From assembly GCA_045587985.1 (NCBI GenBank), contig JAZNDG010000087.1:1-58043 (forward strand): a stretch of DNA of 58,043 nt, read 5' to 3'. A model generated the notes under the pieces. It saw nothing but the letters and a program-made list of their open reading frames with translations, was not told the DNA's origin and ran no database searches. The DNA is from Eubacteriales bacterium (GTDB lineage Bacteria > Bacillota > Clostridia > Oscillospirales > CAG-272). The translations under genes and the position numbers were made by a program. Positions 49,190-58,043 of the stretch are shown here, in pieces (position 1 is the stretch's first letter; each line of letters starts with the position of its first letter).

Positions 49190-52100
49190 ATGCTGAAACC
49201 CCAGAAGCTCGGTAAAACCACGCGACTCAGCTTTTCCAAGATCAATGAGGCCCTGGAAATGCCGAACCTCATCGAGGTGCAGAAGAAGTCCTTTGAGTGG
49301 TTCTGCAAGGAGGGTATGATGGAGGTCCTGCGGGACGTTTCTCCTATCAACGACTATTCCGGCAACCTCTCGATCGAGTTCGTTGACTTCTCGATTGACA
49401 CAACGCCGAAATATTCGGTGGAGGAGTGCAAGGAGAGGGATGCGACCTATGAGGCGCCCCTGAAGGTGCTTGTGCGTCTTGCCAACAAGGAAACCGGAGA
49501 GATCAAGGAAGACCAGATCTACATGGGGAATTTCCCCCTCATGACCGAGTCGGGCACTTTTGTCATCAACGGTGCCGAGCGCGTGATCGTTTCCCAGATC
49601 GTCCGCTCCCCCGGCATCATCTACAAGGTGAATGTCGATAAGTCGGGCAACCATACCTACGAGAACTCTGTCATCCCTTACCGCGGTGCATGGCTCGAGT
49701 ATGAAACCGATTCCTCGAACATCTTCTACGTGAAGATCGATAAGACGAGAAAGCTCCCCATCACCGTTCTGATCCGTGCCCTCGGCATTGAGAGCGATGA
49801 GGAGATCCTTGAGCGCTTTGGCAACGAGGAAATGATCAACGCCACTTTCTCGAAGGATGAGTGCAGAAGAGGCGCCGAGGAGGAGGGGACGACCCTTACC
49901 GAGGCTGCCCTGAAGGAGCTCTACAAGAAGCTGCGTCCCGGTGAACCGCCCATCATCGAGAGTGCGCAGATGGCCGTCAACAACATGCTCTTCGACCCCA
50001 AGCGCTACGATCTTGCGCCTGTCGGCCGTTATAAATTCGACAAGAAGCTTGCCGTTTCCGGCCGTGTTGCGGGCTTTGTCCTTGCCCGCCCGGTCATCAG
50101 CCGCATCACGGGTGAGGTCCTCTTTGATGAGGGGCACGTCCTGACGAGTGCCGATTGCACCGCGCTTGATGAGGCTGCTGTCAATGAGGTCTTTGTCCGC
50201 GATCTTTCGGGGGCGGAGGTCAAGGTGTTCGGCAACGATGCCGTTCTCCCCTCGGTCTATGGCCTTGATCTTTCGGATCTCGGCATCACCGGCAAGGTCC
50301 GCTTCTCGGTTCTCTCCGAGATCCTTGAGGATGCCGCGGGCGATCTTGATGCCGTCCGTGAGGCGGCAAGGCTCCGCATTGCCGAGCTTGCGCCCAAGCA
50401 CATCACCAAGGACGATATCTTTGCCTCGATCAACTATCTTCTGAACCTCACACACGGTATCGGCAGCTTTGACGATATCGACCACCTTGGCAACCGCCGT
50501 CTGCGTTGTGTGGGTGAGCTGCTTCAGAACCAGATGCGTATCGGTATGACGCGCATGGATAAGAACATCAAGGAGCGCATGTCGATCCACGACAGTGAGG
50601 ATATGACGCCTCAGTCGCTCGTCAATGTCCGCCCTGTGGCCACCGCGATCCGCGAATTCTTCGGCTCCTCGCCGCTTTCGCAGTTCATGGATCAGAACAA
50701 CCCCCTGGCAGAGCTGACGCATAAGCGCCGTCTTTCGGCCCTCGGCCCCGGCGGTCTGACGCGTGACCGCGCCGGCTTTGACGTGCGTGACGTGCACTAC
50801 ACGCACTACGGCCGTATCTGCCCGATCGAAACGCCCGAAGGTCCGAACATCGGTCTTATTTCGTACCTTGCCACCTATGCCAAGATCAACGAGTACGGCT
50901 TCCTTGAGGCCCCCTACCGCAAGGTGGACCGTGCGACCGGCCGTGTAACCGACCAGATCGAGTACATGACGGCGGATATCGAGGACAACTACATCATTGC
51001 CCAGGCAAACGAGCCGCTGGATGCAGAGGGGCATTTCCTGAACGCCAAGGTCATCGCGCGTGATCGCGCCGAGATCGTGGAGGTCGATCGTGACAAGATC
51101 GACTACATGGATGCTTCGCCGAAGATGGTCGTTTCGGTTGCCACCGCGATGATCCCCTTCCTTGAAAATGACGATAACACCCGTGCACTCATGGGCTCGA
51201 ACATGCAGAAGCAGGCCGTGCCGCTGATGATTACCGATCAGCCCTATGTTGCTACCGGTATGGAGTACAAGGCCGCTGCCGACTCGGGCGCCGTGCTTCT
51301 TGCCAAGGAGGGCGGTGTTGTCGAAAGCGCTACCTCCGAGCGCATCGTGATCCTGAATGACGAGGGTCACAAGGATACCTACCACCTCATTAAGTTCAAG
51401 CGCTCCAACCAGGGCACCTGCATTAACCAGCGCCCCATCGTTGAAAACGGTGACCGCGTGGAGAAGGGTGAGATCATTGCAGACGGTCCTGCGACCGCAA
51501 ACGGCGAGATCTCGCTCGGTAAGAATGCGACCATTGCCTTTATGACCTGGGAGGGCTACAACTACGAGGACGCCGTTCTTCTGAACGAGAACCTCGTCAG
51601 AAACGATACCTACACCTCGATCCACATCGAGGAGCATACGATGGAGGCCAGAGATACCAAGCTCGGCCCGCAGGAGATCACCCGTGAGATCCCGAACGTG
51701 GGCGAGGATGCCCTTAAGGATCTCGATGCTGACGGTATCGTCAGAATCGGTACCGAGGTGCGCTCGGGCGATATCCTTGTCGGTAAGGTCACGCCGAAGG
51801 GCGAGCCCGAGCTGACGCCTGAGGAGCGCCTGCTCCGCGCCATCTTCGGTGAAAAGGCAAGAGAGGTGAAGGACTCCTCCCTGAAGCTGCCTCACGGCGA
51901 ATCGGGCATTGTTGTGGATGTGAAGGTCTTTGACCGCTCCAACTCCACCGATCTTGCCCCCGGCGTGAACAAGGTCGTGCGCGTTTACGTTGCCCAAAAG
52001 CGTAAGATCTCGGTCGGTGACAAGATGGCCGGCCGTCACGGCAACAAGGGCGTTGTGTCCCGCATCCTTCCGCCCGAGGATATGCCCTTCCTTGAGGACG

Positions 52101-53068
52101 GTACGCCTGTCGATATCGTTCTGAACCCCCTGGGCGTTCCCTCACGTATGAATATCGGTCAGGTGCTTGAGGTCCACCTCGGCATCGCGGCAAAGCGCCT
52201 CGGCGCCAAGCTCATGACCCCTGTCTTTGACGGTGCCAACGAGCGCGACATCATTGAGTGCCTGCGCCAGGCGAAGTACGTGCGCGAGATCCGTGACGGT
52301 GAGAACGTGCTCGGCAAGGCCCTCTTTACCGAGGTGATTGACGAGAACGGTGTGAAGGACTACTGCCGCGTGGATCCCATCTACGAGCAGGACGCCGAAA
52401 AGCTTGCCGAGCTCCGCTCGCGTGAGCATGTCTATGTCATTGACGGTAAGGTCACGCTGTATGACGGCCGCACGGGCGAGCCCTTCGATAACCCCGTTAC
52501 GGTCGGTGTCATGTACTACCTTAAGCTTCACCATCTCGTTGACGATAAGATCCACGCCCGTTCGAACGGTCCTTACTCCATGGTCACCCAGCAGCCTCTC
52601 GGCGGTAAAGCCCAGTTCGGCGGCCAGCGCTTCGGTGAGATGGAGGTCTGGGCGCTCGAGGCATACGGCGCCGCTTACACGCTGCAGGAGATCCTGACCG
52701 TGAAGAGTGATGACGTGGCAGGCCGTGTCAAGACCTACGAGGCAATCGTCAAGGGTCAGAATATTCCCACGCCGGGTATCCCCGAATCCTTTAAGGTGCT
52801 TGTCAAGGAGCTCCAGTCGCTCGCGCTTGATGTGCGCGTCCTTGATAAGAATGGGGAAGAGATTGAGCTTTCCGAGCTTGTCGATGAGGATGACGGACCG
52901 ATGGTCGGCGCCCTTGACGACATTGATATCGGGCCGGTAGGCGAGGAGCTTCCGCCTGAGGAGAGCGAGGAAGAGGGCGAGGATGGCGACTATGATGCCG
53001 ATGATGATTTCGCCGATGACTTCGACAATCTCGAATACGATGGGGAAGACGTCGGGGACGACGAATAA
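49190..53068 (+). CDS. rpoB: RNA polymerase beta subunit
   Basis: [30 protein letters not shown]; GGAGTG RBS before ATG 49190. Confidence 0.99.
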   Translation: MLKPQKLGKTTRLSFSKINEALEMPNLIEVQKKSFEWFCKEGMMEVLRDVSPINDYSGNLSIEFVDFSIDTTPKYSVEECKERDATYEAPLKVLVRLANKETGEIKEDQIYMGNFPLMTESGTFVINGAERVIVSQIVRSPGIIYKVNVDKSGNHTYENSVIPYRGAWLEYETDSSNIFYVKIDKTRKLPITVLIRALGIESDEEILERFGNEEMINATFSKDECRRGAEEEGTTLTEAALKELYKKLRPGEPPIIESAQMAVNNMLFDPKRYDLAPVGRYKFDKKLAVSGRVAGFVLARPVISRITGEVLFDEGHVLTSADCTALDEAAVNEVFVRDLSGAEVKVFGNDAVLPSVYGLDLSDLGITGKVRFSVLSEILEDAAGDLDAVREAARLRIAELAPKHITKDDIFASINYLLNLTHGIGSFDDIDHLGNRRLRCVGELLQNQMRIGMTRMDKNIKERMSIHDSEDMTPQSLVNVRPVATAIREFFGSSPLSQFMDQNNPLAELTHKRRLSALGPGGLTRDRAGFDVRDVHYTHYGRICPIETPEGPNIGLISYLATYAKINEYGFLEAPYRKVDRATGRVTDQIEYMTADIEDNYIIAQANEPLDAEGHFLNAKVIARDRAEIVEVDRDKIDYMDASPKMVVSVATAMIPFLENDDNTRALMGSNMQKQAVPLMITDQPYVATGMEYKAAADSGAVLLAKEGGVVESATSERIVILNDEGHKDTYHLIKFKRSNQGTCINQRPIVENGDRVEKGEIIADGPATANGEISLGKNATIAFMTWEGYNYEDAVLLNENLVRNDTYTSIHIEEHTMEARDTKLGPQEITREIPNVGEDALKDLDADGIVRIGTEVRSGDILVGKVTPKGEPELTPEERLLRAIFGEKAREVKDSSLKLPHGESGIVVDVKVFDRSNSTDLAPGVNKVVRVYVAQKRKISVGDKMAGRHGNKGVVSRILPPEDMPFLEDGTPVDIVLNPLGVPSRMNIGQVLEVHLGIAAKRLGAKLMTPVFDGANERDIIECLRQAKYVREIRDGENVLGKALFTEVIDENGVKDYCRVDPIYEQDAEKLAELRSREHVYVIDGKVTLYDGRTGEPFDNPVTVGVMYYLKLHHLVDDKIHARSNGPYSMVTQQPLGGKAQFGGQRFGEMEVWALEAYGAAYTLQEILTVKSDDVAGRVKTYEAIVKGQNIPTPGIPESFKVLVKELQSLALDVRVLDKNGEEIELSELVDEDDGPMVGALDDIDIGPVGEELPPEESEEEGEDGDYDADDDFADDFDNLEYDGEDVGDDE

Positions 53069-53149
53069 TCCCGGGATTCTGACTACCGTTATATTTTAAG
53101 AGGGGAGAGCGTCCCCCGCCGTGTGCAGGGGGACGATCAGATAAAGATT

Positions 53150-56725
<3,576 letters not shown>

Positions 56726-56728
56726 CCC

Positions 56729-56800
56729 AAAAGGGGTGTCCGCTCGGACACCCCTTTTTTTTATCAAAAGAAAAAGACAGAGAAATCGCTCTCTGTCTTT
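56729..56800. terminator. Two tandem hairpin terminators between rpoC and the convergent AraC gene
   Basis: aaaaggggtgtccg-ct-cggacaccccttttt and aaagacagag...ctctgtcttt. Confidence 0.8.
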
Positions 56801-57579
56801 TAAAGCTCTGTGGGTGCGGTGCCGAAATACTCTCTGTACGCACGGTAGAAGGAGGAATAGTCGCGGAAGCCGCACTCAAGATACAAATTGGTCGGTCTTT
56901 CGCCAGAGCGCAGAAGATCGTGTGCACGGTGCAGCCTGCGCTGGCGCAGGTATTTCATAGGGGAGATGTTCAGCGTTTCACGGAAGATTTTGCAAAGGTG
57001 CGAGGGGCTGATGTAAAGCGCGTGGCAGATATCCTCCATCGAGGTGATCAGGGTGAGATTCTGCTCAATATACGAAAGCACGGTTTCGGTAAAGGCGTCC
57101 TGCTTGCCCACAGCGCGGACGGCAAGCGCGGGGTCGAGTGCCGCCAGAAGGCAGAGCAGCTCGGTAAGCAGCGCTACCGAGATCCTGGAACGGTCGTCCC
57201 GGTGGGGAAGGTCTGCATAGGAATCAAGGCGCTTATAGTAATCACGGAAGGCGGGGACCGAGGCGGTGTGGAAGACGCGTGTATTGGCAAACACGCGGCT
57301 AAGAAGGCTCTGGTCCACCAAAACGTCCGAAAAGTTGATGACCGCCCACTCATAGGGCGAGTCCCCCTCATACACCGTGCAGTGCGAGTGCCCGGCCGGA
57401 ATCAGGAGAATATCTCCGGGGGAAAGGTGAAAGATCTGGTTTTCAATGGCATAGGAGGTGTCCCCGCGAAAGAAGTACATGATCTCGTAGGTCTTGTGCG
57501 AATGCCGGACGAATTTCAAGCGGTCCTGCGTGGTGCGGTGCAGGTAACGGTAATTTTCGCAACAAATTTCCTTTTTCAT
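56800..57579 (-). CDS. AraC-family transcriptional regulator (cupin plus HTH)
   Basis: HSHKTYEI; ISPSHLCKIF; ECGFRDYSSFYRAY..FG. Confidence 0.92.
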   Translation of the reverse strand: MKKEICCENYRYLHRTTQDRLKFVRHSHKTYEIMYFFRGDTSYAIENQIFHLSPGDILLIPAGHSHCTVYEGDSPYEWAVINFSDVLVDQSLLSRVFANTRVFHTASVPAFRDYYKRLDSYADLPHRDDRSRISVALLTELLCLLAALDPALAVRAVGKQDAFTETVLSYIEQNLTLITSMEDICHALYISPSHLCKIFRETLNISPMKYLRQRRLHRAHDLLRSGERPTNLYLECGFRDYSSFYRAYREYFGTAPTEL

Positions 57580-57717
57580 AGGCGGCCCTCCTTTCTGTGC
57601 TGTTATCAGTATAACACCATCAAATAAAAAATGCAATATATAATCTAAAACATTGCAAAAATTATTATCTTTGGAAAAAATCTTTTAAAAACTTTTTTAT
57701 AAAAACAGGAAAAAATG

Positions 57718-57746
57718 TTGACAATTCTTACTGTGTATGATACAAT
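57718..57746 (+). promoter_or_regulatory. Sigma-A promoter of the rpsL operon
   Basis: TTGACA-17-TACAAT with TG extension. Confidence 0.85.
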
Positions 57747-57862
57747 AAGGCGTATCTTTGCGGACAGACCGTATATTAATTATGGTAGGGTTCCAAAAAG
57801 GTCGCTATATCGCGTCCCTTCGGGATGTGTTATAAACAAATATCACAGGAAGGAGGAAGATC

Positions 57863-58043
57863 ATGCCAACCTTTAACCAGCTCATTAAAAACGGCCGTTC
57901 CAAGTCGGAGTATAAGTCCAAGACCCCTGTTCTTCAGCGCGGCTTCAACTCGCTGACCAACAAGCCTACCGACCAAAGCTCCCCTCAGAAGCGTGGCGTT
58001 TGCACCAAGGTGACCACCACCAGCCCCAAGAAGCCGAACTCTG
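57863..58043 (+). CDS. rpsL: 30S ribosomal protein S12 (3'-truncated; not in ORF track)
   Basis: Manual translation [14 protein letters not shown]...[22 protein letters not shown]; AAGGAGG RBS. Confidence 0.98.
   Translation, partial: MPTFNQLIKNGRSKSEYKSKTPVLQRGFNSLTNKPTDQSSPQKRGVCTKVTTTSPKKPNS

Noticed and set aside
50655-50760. Rifampicin-resistance substitution (SSPLSQF in place of SSQLSQF)
   Set aside because: Key contact residues Q, D, H, R and S are intact; the Pro variant is, to my knowledge, common in Clostridia
53098-53149. Hairpin cgtccccc/gggggacg between rpoB and rpoC as a regulatory element
   Set aside because: No T tract and too little evidence; it only makes the rpoC start (53123 vs 53150) slightly uncertain

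Overview
Core-chromosome segment of a GC-rich, apparently spore-forming Clostridia-like firmicute (standard genetic code). It carries housekeeping genes: rpmH-rnpA-yidD-yidC-jag-mnmE (here with no dnaA or mnmG next to it), potABCD, a lysine-riboswitch-controlled dapA-dapB-lysA operon plus a separate ddh, proS, ligA, ftsK, cysS, tsaE/tsaB, plsY, queG, tRNA-Arg(CCG), birA, rpoB-rpoC and the start of rpsL. I see no CRISPR array, transposase or integrase. Most interesting: (i) an AT-richer patch after tRNA-Arg encoding an XRE helix-turn-helix fused to a complete single-chain L-serine dehydratase, with a palindrome upstream of its promoter and a structured element resembling a tRNA T-arm split by a 72-nt insert; (ii) two apparent pseudo-enzymes (a P1B-ATPase-like membrane protein lacking DKTGT and a BirA paralogue lacking catalytic motifs); (iii) an out-of-frame upstream ORF with A-runs overlapping the potA start; (iv) a heavily deleted Gfo/Idh/MocA remnant upstream of rpmH; (v) unusual substitutions in conserved RpoC motifs. 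All calls come from reading motifs by eye; no searches were run.
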